A stretch of DNA of 64,000 nucleotides. It comes from Diplonema japonicum. Its lineage: Eukaryota; Protista; Euglenozoa: Diplonemea. The DNA is taken from contig OZ025755.1 in NCBI GenBank assembly GCA_964019335.1, forward strand, positions 62,001 through 126,000, given 5' to 3'. The notes beneath the pieces are model-generated. The model searched no databases. It saw only the letters and a list, made by a program, of their open reading frames with translations, and was not told the origin of the DNA. The translations under genes and the position numbers were made by a program. Below are positions 42,543 through 53,269 of the stretch, one piece after another (position 1 is the first letter of the stretch; every line of letters starts with the position of its first letter).

Positions 42543-43055
42543 TTAAAACTCCATCGGTAAATCAAAGCTTTCATCGTCGTCGGCTTCCCGTTCGGGTGTG
42601 GTGCCTTCCTCTTCTTTATCATTTTCTTTTTCGTCTTCTTTTTCATTTTTTTTTTCGTCCTCTTCCTTTTCTTCTTCGGGTTCCGTCGTAGCTGTGCTGC
42701 AGACACACAAAATCGCGGTAACGACAAGTGCCATTGTTTTGTCAAGTCCCTCCTTAGCTTTAAAAGCTTCCAAAACAGCAAAATCATTGTCTACTTGCAC
42801 CCGCTTCGCCTCGGCTTTAACTTGCGCGAGTTTGTGTTTATTCGGGCTTTTTTTCTCTCTCTTCGGCGGGGATGGTTGTGTTTTCTCCTTCACGTGCTCT
42901 GTTGGTGCCGTGTTGTTCCGAAAGGCGTTGAGAAAAATATCTAATTTCCGTTTTTTCGGTGCCGCCACCTTCTGTCGAGCCTGCTCTATGTAAGCCACGC
43001 TCTCTCCCATGCTGGGAAAATGCTTCACTCGCAGCAAAGATATTGCAGATGACAT
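42543..43055 (-). CDS. Hypothetical protein with acidic tail
   Basis: Open frame from A-run/ATG MSSAISLL, coding-like composition; no recognisable domain. Confidence 0.6.
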   Translation of the reverse strand: MSSAISLLRVKHFPSMGESVAYIEQARQKVAAPKKRKLDIFLNAFRNNTAPTEHVKEKTQPSPPKREKKSPNKHKLAQVKAEAKRVQVDNDFAVLEAFKAKEGLDKTMALVVTAILCVCSTATTEPEEEKEEDEKKNEKEDEKENDKEEEGTTPEREADDDESFDLPMEF

Positions 43056-43255
43056 TTTTTTTGACCTCGACCTGGAAAGAAAAAAAAAAAAAACAATGAA
43101 AGCACGAGGGGAAGACAAAATAAAAGCAACACAAAAAAAAATTTCGAAAAGACTCTTTTATATAAAAAAAAAAAAAATAATAAAGAGGTTAGACAGTTAA
43201 TATTCTTTTTTTTTTTTTTTTTTTTTTTTTGCAAGGGGGAGGAACACTAGAAAAC

Positions 43256-43287
<32 letters not shown>

Positions 43288-45219
43288 TCACCTACCCCAT
43301 GCGCCAAGCTGTCGTTTAGGGGCGGGCTTTGGTTGTGCTGTCTGCTTCTTCTTCCCACCACCACCCCCGCCTCCCCCCAGCGTGGGAAAATCGTCGGTGG
43401 AGCTCAACGACGGTTTGGGAACAGGAGGCGGCGGTGTAGCTGTCCTCGCAACAACAGCAGCTGCAACCGGTGCCTCCTCCTCGTAAAAATGCTGTTGTTG
43501 TTGTTGGGGCTGGCTGCCCCACGCAGATCCAACGGCAGGTTTGGCAACAGGTTTCTTGTTTCCACCAAGTGTGGGGAAATCGTCGGTGCTGTCCATAGTT
43601 GCAACAGGTGGGGCCGCCATTCTGTCAGCCCACGCGCCTTGTTTCCGAGCCGCTGGTTTTGAAAGGTTGCTTTCCTGGTTCAGAGTAGGATAATCCGCAT
43701 TGCGGCTGGCGGCGTTCGTGAAATTTTTCAAAGTTTCACCATGTGCCCGCTCCTTGTCAGTTGCCATGTTGTGAGCCAGGCGTAAAGCTTCCCGCTTCTC
43801 CGCAGAAGGAACCGCCTTCACCACGTCGCCGATCCTCTCCGATAGTTTATCCACGCAAGTTTGCAATATTGTGTAGTACTCAACAACCCTGATGTTTCCT
43901 TGTAGAAAATCCCGACAGTTTTGGATTGCGGCGTCGCCGGCTCTCATGTCTTTTAGTACTGAGGTGAGGTCTGGGGTGTCCTGGCGTCTTGTTTCTCTTG
44001 CTTGCGGGAGGCCTGGGAGTTTTATCTCCTTCCGTCTGCCTCTGCCGAAATCGAATATTATAACAGGGAAATGTTCGCCTGGACCGGACGATTCAGCGCG
44101 TTCTAATCCGTTCGGGTCGTTTTCACGTGCGCCGTGTCCGGTGAAGGAGAACCCCAACAGAGATCTTGCTGCAGCGCCCACGGCTTCGTTCGTCCCACCG
44201 TGCATGAACTTGTTGTGTTTCTGAAGCTCCAGAGACGTCAGAAACATCCATTCTGTAGGGTGCCGCTCTGATGACATCCCCCTCCGTTTTAATTCGTAAT
44301 ACTCCCTTTCGCATTGTTTGCATTTCACGTGCGAGTGGTCCATGTGGGTTACAAGTCTTTTTGTGTCCTGGTAGAAGACCATTTTCTCGCCTTCGGGGTT
44401 TGTTTCGCACAAATCGCACAGAACATGTTTTTCCCGCATGTGTAGGTAAAGTGCGTCGTTGTCGTAAAGAAGAGTTGAACAGAAATGGCACTTGGGGTGG
44501 CCTTGGAATGATGAAAGGTCCTTGTGGCATTTTGTGTTCGGGCGTTCGTGGATTTTTAGTTGGTCGTCGGTGTAGAATGTTTGTTCCGACGGGAATTTTG
44601 TGTTGCTCATGGTACATGGCTCGCAGAGGGTCAGCTTGTGCGTCTCACGAAGGTGCTGTTGAAGAGATTTGAAATCCTTGAACGGTTTCTCGTGTTTGCA
44701 TTCCGCCCAGTACTGGCAGTACCAGCCTCTTAGATATTCCACGTCTTGCTGCATTTCGGGGGTTTCGTACCACACCTGCCAGTTGCTTGTGTCTTTTACA
44801 AAGGTTTCGCGTTCTTCTTTGGTAACAGGTGTGTTGTCAGATTTTATGTATATTCCAGATGCTTCTTGTTGGCATATGCAGCACCACGTGCTTTTTGGGT
44901 CGCCGGGCATCATGTATCTGATTCTTAAGGAGCATCTCCAGCAAACTCCGTGGCCGCATTCTGGGCTTATGCCCCACCAGCCCATTGTCTTGCTGCACAC
45001 CAGGCACATTTCGCCTTCTTCGTCTTCCTCTTCATCTTCGTGTTGTTGTTGTTGCTGTTTTTTTTTCGTGTTGTTGTTGTTGTTGTTGCTGCGCCTGTCC
45101 TTGTTTCTGTTGTTCCTGTTTCTCTGTCTGTTGGCGGGTTTCTGACCTTCCGGGTGTTTCGGTGGTTCTTGCGGTGGTTTATGTGTGTCGTCAGCACTGC
45201 TTGGTACCACTCCGGACAT
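43288..45219 (-). CDS. ZNF598: E3 ubiquitin ligase ZNF598/Hel2-like (ribosome quality control)
   Basis: RING CLVC..CGHGVCWRC..CCIC; C2H2 fingers including GHPKCHFC..LYDNDALYLHMREKH; repeated DDFPTL motifs in the tail. Confidence 0.88.
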   Translation of the reverse strand: MSGVVPSSADDTHKPPQEPPKHPEGQKPANRQRNRNNRNKDRRSNNNNNNTKKKQQQQQHEDEEEDEEGEMCLVCSKTMGWWGISPECGHGVCWRCSLRIRYMMPGDPKSTWCCICQQEASGIYIKSDNTPVTKEERETFVKDTSNWQVWYETPEMQQDVEYLRGWYCQYWAECKHEKPFKDFKSLQQHLRETHKLTLCEPCTMSNTKFPSEQTFYTDDQLKIHERPNTKCHKDLSSFQGHPKCHFCSTLLYDNDALYLHMREKHVLCDLCETNPEGEKMVFYQDTKRLVTHMDHSHVKCKQCEREYYELKRRGMSSERHPTEWMFLTSLELQKHNKFMHGGTNEAVGAAARSLLGFSFTGHGARENDPNGLERAESSGPGEHFPVIIFDFGRGRRKEIKLPGLPQARETRRQDTPDLTSVLKDMRAGDAAIQNCRDFLQGNIRVVEYYTILQTCVDKLSERIGDVVKAVPSAEKREALRLAHNMATDKERAHGETLKNFTNAASRNADYPTLNQESNLSKPAARKQGAWADRMAAPPVATMDSTDDFPTLGGNKKPVAKPAVGSAWGSQPQQQQQHFYEEEAPVAAAVVARTATPPPPVPKPSLSSTDDFPTLGGGGGGGGKKKQTAQPKPAPKRQLGAWGR

Positions 45220-46303
45220 TATTTTTTTTTTCTACCCCCTCTTTTTTTTTTTTTTTTTTTGAACGGATCGCAGGAAGACCAAGTTGCTGGGAGTTTTTTT
45301 ATCAATTTTTTCCCCCCCCCCGTCCTTTCAGGGAAATATACCCTTACTTTTATAGCCCCTGGAATTAGTAGTTATAAAAAAAATTCAAGGAAGGGTGGAA
45401 AAAAAAGGGGGGGAGAGAAGAAAAGGTAAAAAAAAAAAAGGAAAAGGAACGGATGAAGGAAGAAAGAAAAGGGAGAGAAGGGGGGAAATAAAAGTGGGGG
45501 GGGGAGGGGAAAGAATGGATATAAATAATAAATAAATAAAAAAAAACATTAAAACGTTGATTTTTAATTGACATTGTTCCTGCCCAGAGTGTCAAGTTGC
45601 CGTTCTCTCTTTTTGTTTTGTTTTTTTTTTCTTTTTTTCCTTGGGGTTTCTTCGTTACCCTTCTTTTTTTTTGGTTCATCAAATGATGGGGGGGGGGGGG
45701 GGGGAAACAGCTCAAAAAGGAAAACATAAATTGTATTTATGTTTCCCGTCTTTGATGCTTTTTTTCCCCCTCCCAACGTTCCAAACTGTGAGTAAGAAGA
45801 AAGATTCGGGGAATAGAAGTCCCCGATGGGAATATTTGTGAACGGGGCGAAAGGGGTTTTTCTTTTTTTTTTTATTTCTTTCTTTCTCCCCAAGTTTTTT
45901 TCTTCTTCTTCTTCTCCTTCAGCAAGCTTTGCTGACCGAATGGGGGACTATCAAAAAAAGAAAACAAAAAAAGAAAAAAAGAAAATGGGATCAGATCGGG
46001 AAAGGGTAATGCAAGTGTGCCACCGGTTGCGGCCATTCGCCATAAAAAAAAAATCCAGACACACATAAAAAAAAGGAGTGAATACACACTCCGGGGGGGG
46101 GGATATTTTCTTTTTCCTTTTAAAAAAATTCACCTCCCCCCTCTTTTTTTTTGACTGATGTTTCATTTGTTTTTTTTTCCAAAAAAAAGCATTCTCTTCG
46201 AGAAAAAAAAGAGGGGCAAAAGGGAAATAAAAAAAACATGGAAACGAAAAAAAAAAATAAAAATAAAAAAAGCCGCACATAGTGTCGGCTGAGAGAACTC
46301 CAG

Positions 46304-46334
<31 letters not shown>

Positions 46335-46420
46335 AATTCGCGAGCCTTCTCTCTTTAAAAAAAAAAAAAATAATAATCAAACCAAAAAAGTTTTTTTTTT
46401 TTTTTTTTTTTTTTTGCTCT

Positions 46421-47242
46421 TCACATAACGCTCTTGATACCATAACCCAACTCAGCACCACCAGACTGGATATGGTCGACCCCAGTGGTGAAGGTCAGAT
46501 CGGCAGCGATCGAGAGGCACAGACGTCCTGTCTCCTCGATGGTCCCCTTGCGCCCTACAATTTGCACGGCATCACCGGATTTCACAGCCTCCTCGGGGTT
46601 CTTCTCCCCATCGGACCAAGATTTCCACAAGGGTGTCCAAATGTTACCTGGAGATACAATGTTGACCCGGACATGGTTGGCCGCCTCGTCAATTGCGAGA
46701 GCCTTGGAAAAGGATGTGATGGCACCTTTGGTGGCGGCATAGGTGACGGCCTGGCCCTGGCCGAAGGCACCAACGAAGGAGGACATGTTAATGATATTTC
46801 CTCGTGTTTTCCGCAAGTGAGGGAGCGCGTGCTTGCATGCGGTAAAGTAAGAGAGGAAGTTTAACTCGAAAAGGCTCATCATATCGGCTTGGCTGAAATC
46901 GTCGATGCTGGTTGGGGGTGGGTGCCATCCAGCATTGTTAATTAAGCAGTCGACTCTGCCGAAGCTTTTCACTGCCTGGTCTATCATTGCAGTAACTTCG
47001 TCGGTCTTTGAAACGTCACACTTTACGAAGAGTGCCTTCTGTGCCAATTCGTACCCGTTGAGCTCCTTCTCGAAGGTCTCTCCCTCCTCTGTGTTTCGGC
47101 TGCAGAACACAACGTTGCTGCCAGCAGCGAAGAATATCCTCACACACCCCTCGCCGATCCCCTTCGTGCCCCCTGTCACTACCGTCACCTTCCCAACATA
47201 TCTCCCTGCGAGCCCCGTTTTGTCATGAACCAATTCAGGCAT
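46421..47242 (-). CDS. HSD17B14: Short-chain dehydrogenase, HSD17B14 / L-fucose dehydrogenase-like
   Basis: TGGTKGIG, LINNAGWHPP, YAATK, ALAIDE, SPGNIWTPLW, SGGAELGYG. Confidence 0.85.
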   Translation of the reverse strand: MPELVHDKTGLAGRYVGKVTVVTGGTKGIGEGCVRIFFAAGSNVVFCSRNTEEGETFEKELNGYELAQKALFVKCDVSKTDEVTAMIDQAVKSFGRVDCLINNAGWHPPPTSIDDFSQADMMSLFELNFLSYFTACKHALPHLRKTRGNIINMSSFVGAFGQGQAVTYAATKGAITSFSKALAIDEAANHVRVNIVSPGNIWTPLWKSWSDGEKNPEEAVKSGDAVQIVGRKGTIEETGRLCLSIAADLTFTTGVDHIQSGGAELGYGIKSVM

Positions 47243-47759
47243 TTTTTTTTTTTCTTTGTGGTGACCCGGGTATCTTTTTTTTTTTTTTTTTTTTTTTTTC
47301 GCGGGGTTGTAAGAAAAAAAAAAAGAAAAAAAAATCACACTGTCATTGAGGAAAAAAAAAAAAAAAAAAAAAAGAGGAAGGAGGAGTGAGGTTAGAGAAA
47401 AAAAAAAACAAAAAAAAGGGAAAAAAAAAAAATAAAAAACCCCCCCTATTTCGGAAGAAAAAAAATTGTTTAAACTGTCTTATACATTTCTTTTTTTTTT
47501 TGAGGGGGGCAAATTTTTTTTTCTTGTCCACGTTATTTACCCTTTTTTTTCTTCTTTTTTAAAATTGCACAAGCGGCATAGCCACACAAAAAAAAAAGTA
47601 TTCAAAGAGAACTACTTAGTTTTCATCGGTTCTACCACCAGTTTTTCTTCTTTTTTTTTTTCTCTACAAGTTTTTTCTTCACTCTACACATCATATCACA
47701 CGCACAAATTCTTTTGTCGATCACAACTATTTTCTTTTTTTTTTTTTTCCTCTCTCTCT

Positions 47760-49336
47760 CTACTCTTTCTTCTGTGTCTTCTCCTTGGGGATGAAGGTTG
47801 CAATCAGGTAAACACAAACAGCCATCACATGTGGCGCATAATACACATCATTCCAGACCTTTTTTTTTTTTTTTTTTTTTTTTTCCCCAAAAAAAAAAGT
47901 TTTTTTCCCCCCTTCCCTCATACCCTCATAGTGTCCCTCCAGTCCAAGAAAACAAATGGAACTCCAATGTAGTTCGCACCGATACCGGTAAATACGAATG
48001 TGATCAAATCATACAAAGTTGCCTGCTTGGCCTTGAGGAACAAAGGCCGGATCTTGTTCCGCGCCGCCCGGGCAACAATGACGAACATAGAGGCAGAAAC
48101 GAAGAAGAAGTAGTACCCGGGGTAGAATCCTGAATTTTTTTTTTTCCCCCTCAAAAACATACCATGCCAGAACGCGGATGTAACCTGTGTCAGTAAAACA
48201 GGTGCCTGGGACTTGCTCCCAAGCACATCGCTTAATCGAAAGTAAACAACATTCTTTAGCCAGTTGTTCACGCCCGTGTTCCAGTTGTCCGTGATACCCT
48301 TGATATTCGTGGCCATCTCCACCTTGAAATAATTCCCGTTGCTGCAAGCGTTCCAGAGGTTCCCGGAGCTGTCGACTGAATCTTCGAACATAGACCTCCA
48401 CAAGGACGATTTTCCGTTCTTAGGATCGCTAAGATCAAGTTTTCCGTTGAACCCAAAACCGGACAAAATACAAGAGGTGTCCACTAAGTACCACACAAGG
48501 AAATATTTCGTTCTTGTCAGGACAACAGAAATCCAGATGTAAACAAGCCTCAAAGGGAGCGGGAAGTCATATAAAGACGGGTTTCCCGACGATGCCGGTT
48601 CGATAATCCTGTCGTTGGGGACCATGGGGGATACGACCTTGTTCAGGAAGATAATGACAATGGCACCAAGGAATTTCCAAAACGCTGCGACAATTCTTCC
48701 CATCACCGGGACCTTAACCTCGCCTCGGACCCATGTGATGTAAGAGTTGTAAGTAAACGCTGGTCCGGCGATGAACGTGGGGAAGAAGAATATGTAAGAC
48801 AAGAATTCAATTGGGTTCGGAATGTCTTTTGGGAGGATACGATCTCTTTTCTGATCAGACTTCGGGTTCAGCCTCCCTTCATCCCGCGTTCCATCGGTTA
48901 CACTATACGCGAAAGTCTGCAATTTCACAGTTAAAATCATCTGAGCCATTGTGTAGTCGATGTTCCACTCACCAAACTCATACCAGTATGAGTACAGGTG
49001 AGCTGCCGACATGTGAAGAAATGAAAATACTAGTACGGTGAATCCTATCATCTCACCCGGAAAGGTTCTAACAATGAGATATGTCACAGCCGACGCCGCG
49101 ATTGGGTGCACGGAATCCTCTTGAAAGCACATTAAACAACTTGCCACGCCCCAGAAGATTGCCCAGAAATGCCTGGCGTACCCTCCCGGGAGAAGCCCCA
49201 TAACGAAGGCCAACGGGAACGACCCGAATATAGTCAGGAGAAACCTCATCTGGGTGATCTCGAGGCCGATGTCCTCCGACATCTTCGTGAACACGGCAGC
49301 GTCCCACCCGAGGGGATCTTCTAGATACAGCTTCAT
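47760..49336 (-). CDS. MBOAT lysophospholipid acyltransferase (Ale1/LPCAT-like); introns 48130-48162 and 47859-47923
   Basis: Multi-TM protein with FIAGPAF and WNTGVNNWL. SAFWHG|FYPGY (catalytic His) is restored by removing a 33-nt intron. The last exon ends in the dilysine-like TQKKE*. Confidence 0.9.
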
Positions 49337-49520
49337 TTTTTTTTTTTTTTTTTCCCTCTTTTTTTTTTTTTTTGAGCTCAGAAAAAAAGAAAAAAAAAAA
49401 GGCGGGGAAGGGGATATGAAGGCGCAGACGCGCAGCCTTTCAAAAAAAAAAAAAAAAAACACACACACAGAGACTTTTTTTTTTTTTCCCCCTTGCCCCC
49501 TTTTTTTTTTTCCTTCTTTC

Positions 49521-50105
49521 TTACTGAGCCGCGCATCCACCACCACCACCACTTTTTTCATTGGTTTTCTGTTCCTCCGCAGGTTCTTCCTTCGATTCCT
49601 TCAGTTGCGCCACGTCGATTTTGCCTAATATTTCGTATTTTTTTTGGTACTTTTCTTCCCAGTCGTCCAAGGTAGTGACCTGTGTGTCTGTCAGGTGTGT
49701 GGTCCAGTGTTGGTTCAGTTCCGCAGACCCAACTTTAACCTTGGCCAGGTGTCGGGAACAATCGGCCCCGCTGAAGACGCTGTAGGCCTTTCCTGAGCCG
49801 TAGAATTCGGGGTCCACCTTGTAAACTATGCCTTTGCAGGAAAGGCAGAGGGGCTTGCCCTTTTCGCCTTTTAGAGTTGCCAGCTCTTCGAGGGTGAAAA
49901 TTTTGTCAGGGATCGTCACTTCGATTTTTTCCTTCACCTCATCGACGACTCCTTTGTCTCCCACTGATTTTGCGGCCTCTTCGATCTCCTTGTCGGACAG
50001 CCCCTTCCCCCGAAGGAATTTTATTTTATCTGCCACGCTCGCACCTTTCTTCACCTTTGGATCTTCTAGAAATGTAATTGCATGTTGCACGGCTTGGCTC
50101 GACAT
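49521..50105 (-). CDS. Pex14 N-terminal domain + cytochrome b5-like (MAPR) heme/steroid-binding domain + CaaX
   Basis: AITFLEDPKV..DKIKFLRGKGLSDKEIEEA (Pex14_N). FTLEEL..KGIVYKV..FYGSGKAYSVFSGADCSR..LDDWEEKYQKKYEILG (MAPR). Ends GGGGGCAAQ*. Confidence 0.85.
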   Translation of the reverse strand: MSSQAVQHAITFLEDPKVKKGASVADKIKFLRGKGLSDKEIEEAAKSVGDKGVVDEVKEKIEVTIPDKIFTLEELATLKGEKGKPLCLSCKGIVYKVDPEFYGSGKAYSVFSGADCSRHLAKVKVGSAELNQHWTTHLTDTQVTTLDDWEEKYQKKYEILGKIDVAQLKESKEEPAEEQKTNEKSGGGGGCAAQ

Positions 50106-50764
50106 TCTCCTTTTTTTTCCCCCCCCTCTTTTTCCTTTTTTTTTTCCTTTTTGTAGGGTTGAAGAAAAAGAACACAGAAATTGAGAAGAAAATAAGACGC
50201 AAAAAAAAAAGAAAAAAAAAAAAAACGGATGTCGGGAAAGATGAATGTTTAAAAAAAAAAAAAAAGGTGGACTTGCGCGAAGCAGTGGGGGGGAGGGGGG
50301 GGAAACGATATCCCACCACATTGGAGTATATCCAAAGGTTTGCGGCTGTTTGCACAAAAAAGGAGGGGGGGAAGTGAAGAAGCCACAATATTCTTTTTTT
50401 TTTTTGCTTCATAGAAAAAAAAAAAAGAAAAATTGTGTTTGTTCATTTCACGGAACGTAGTTTTTGTGCTATATTCAACTGATTATTATTAACCCCCCAG
50501 CATATATCTTAAAAAAAAAAAAAAAAAAAAAAAAATGGGCGAGACCTTCGAGTGGCGGTGATGCAACTGTGTGACACCTGTGTCCTCTGTCAATCCGGAT
50601 AGCCAGCTTGATAGACATCCCCTGCACAGTGGGGAAAAGTTATGTCAGAACCCCGAAAGTTTCTCGTTCTATATTGAGAACGAACAAAAAAAAATGGCGA
50701 ATTTTACTCCCTGGAGACTATACGGTTTTCTTAACGAATAACCTGTATAAGTGGTTTTTTTTTA

Positions 50765-51339
50765 TTTTATTTCACTCTTCGTCATTTTCTTCACTCACTA
50801 GGGGCCTCATTATTTAACGCGAAATGGCCATTATTTAACGCGAAACGGCCATTATTTAACGCGAAATCGCCATTATTTAACTAGTTAAATAATGAGATTT
50901 TGCAGTTAAATAATGGCCCTTCAGAGTGAAAAAATGGGTCTTGTCGTGGAAAAAAATGCACCCAACCCCTTGAAAAATTTTTTTGGGGTGGGGGTATTTT
51001 GACTATTTTTGGCCATCTGAGGCCATTCCAGCCCTTAAAAGTGGGAATAAGTGCCTTACTTCCCCTTTAAATGCCACGGCGAAATAGCTACCCTGTATTA
51101 CCTTAGGAAAATCCCCAAAAAGCTGACCTGCGTGAAAAAAAACAGCAGTGAAAGCAGTGAAGAGTGAGTGACTCAAATGACGAAGAGTGAAATAAAACGA
51201 CTTACTTGCCGCCAAATGAGCCATTATTTAACACTCGTTACCCGTTTTTTTGCACGAGGGCCCTGCGGGCCCTCGTGCAAAAAATTCGGGAACTCGAGTT
51301 AAATAATGACTCATTATTTGTTGGCAATAAATAGTTATT
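50765..51339 (-). mobile_element. Non-autonomous Crypton-like hairpin element, copy 2 (inverted)
   Basis: Reverse complement of 20144-20718. The only difference I found is 2 nt in the hairpin core (51256-51257). Confidence 0.8.
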
Positions 51340-51552
51340 CTTCTTCCCTACACGCAACAAAAAAAAAAAAAAAAAAAAAAGGAGCGCCCTGGTAGAGAGA
51401 TTGTGTGTTGAGAAAATACCCCCTTACTCTTCTTCTTTTTTTTTCTTTTCCATTTTTCTTCTTTTTTTTTTTCCATCCATTCATTGCACTTTTGTTAAGA
51501 AAAAAAAATGCGTTTTCTTTCTTTTTTGGAGAGAGCAACTTAGAGAGCAATT

Positions 51553-51586
<34 letters not shown>

Positions 51587-51994
51587 CAGTAAGAGATATG
51601 GGAAGTCAGGCAGGTATTGGTACATATCAACCCCCACTAAAGGGTGAATGAAGCAAGAAAAAAAAAAAGAGAAAAAAAAAAGGACGGTGGGGTGAGGGCA
51701 CAGCACCCGTCACACCCCCCCTTTTTTTTGTTAAATTATAATAGTATCAACCTTCTATCGGTTTTCATAGGAGCAGCATAGAGTGGAGTGACCCATATAC
51801 AGTATTTGTTCGTTATATTTTTTTCTTCTTCTTCTTTTTTTTTTCTCCCTCATCCCCCCCAACAAAAATATTTACACTTTTTTATTTTTTTTTAAAAACT
51901 CGGAGTTTGAAGGGAGAAGGAAAAAAAAAAAAAAAACTAGAAATCTTATAGGATACAATCCCTCTCGTGTACCCCGCCTATTCTTTATTTTTAA

Positions 51995-53190
51995 CCATCT
52001 ACCAACGGACCATTTTGCACACAGGGGGTAAATTTTCAAAACTTTAAAAAAAAAGTATTCTAGCGCAACGCTGGGGCTATATGCCCCCGGAAATGCCTCC
52101 AGATGTCCCAATTCTAGAGAGAGGGTGCCCACAGCAGGGCCCACCCCCACAACATTGTCACCCAGGTCGGTTCCGCCCATTGGTGTTGTAAATATGCACT
52201 TGAGGGATGTCCTTTCTGGAAGGCCTCCGGCTTTCATTCTCTTTTGGCCGACACGCCAAATTTGACTTCACCAGAACATCCAACGTCGACAGAAAGCGCA
52301 CAGGCTTGATGTCATGCCACGTTGTGGTGCAAAGGATGCTCACGTGCTGGTGGAACTGGGTGTCCCCACAGGGTGCGCGTCCTTGGGTTTGCGGACTCGC
52401 TTTGGGGCATCCGTGATCTCCGGGAGGCCTTTGCGATAGGTAGAAGTCAGCACGCTTGTTTGTTTCGCTGTGGAAACACAGATTTCCCAGAATAGTCAAA
52501 AAGCGGTCTCTTGACATGACGGTGGCGTACCCAGGGGTGTGGTTGAGAGGCGTGGAACCAGTACGCCAGTAGTCAGAATAATCTGGCATGATATCAAATC
52601 CATCGACAAAAGGGCACCTAGGAAGGTATGCAGAGAAGCAGCATCGAGATCCAGGGAAACACCTTTTTTAGCCGCATTTGCAACATTGTTCGAAGTTATG
52701 ACCCGAATAACGTTTGGGACGAGCATTTGGGAGAATTTTTGGTACGGCGTTGAGCCTCTGATGTCAAAACAGGGTCCACAAGGATTCCGATCTTCACGAA
52801 ACTGGATGCCTTCCAACTGCTCCGGCTTTGTCGTCCAATCACCCTGCTGTGACTCGGAACCGGTCGAATTCGTATCAGAATCACTGTCTGTATCAAAATT
52901 GCATAATAGGGATGAGCCATCAGTGCTACCATCACTCATAATGTCCTCTTCCGGCTTCTTTCTGGGTGCCCTTTTTTGAAGTGATTTTTAAGGGTAAATT
53001 TGGGCTGGCGTTTTTTTTTTATTTTTTCATTTTCTTGCAAAGTTAGCGGGAGCATTTAGTTTATATTTTTCATATTTTCCGCGCAGGACCCCGGATGCGA
53101 GAAGTGGCCGGGCTGTATTGCATTGAAAGCCCCTTGCGCAAAAGATTTTTTTTTCAAATCGCCTCTATAAAGAAGCTCGTTGGTAGATGG
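51995..53190 (-). mobile_element. Defective piggyBac element 3
   Basis: TTAA at 51991-51994 and 53191-53194. Perfect TIRs ccatctaccaacg / cgttggtagatgg. Fragments TFLGALL, DYSDYW, MSRDRFLTIL, WHDIKPVRFLST, MGGTDLGD. Confidence 0.92.
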
Positions 53191-53269
53191 TTAAAAAAAA
53201 AAAAATTTTTTTTTTTATGACACGCCTCACGAATGTAAAATAATAATAATAAAAAAAAAAAAATTTTTT

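Noticed and set aside
50626-50640. cacagtgggg as a Transib/RSS-like end
   Set aside because: No matching inverted end, nonamer or transposase found.
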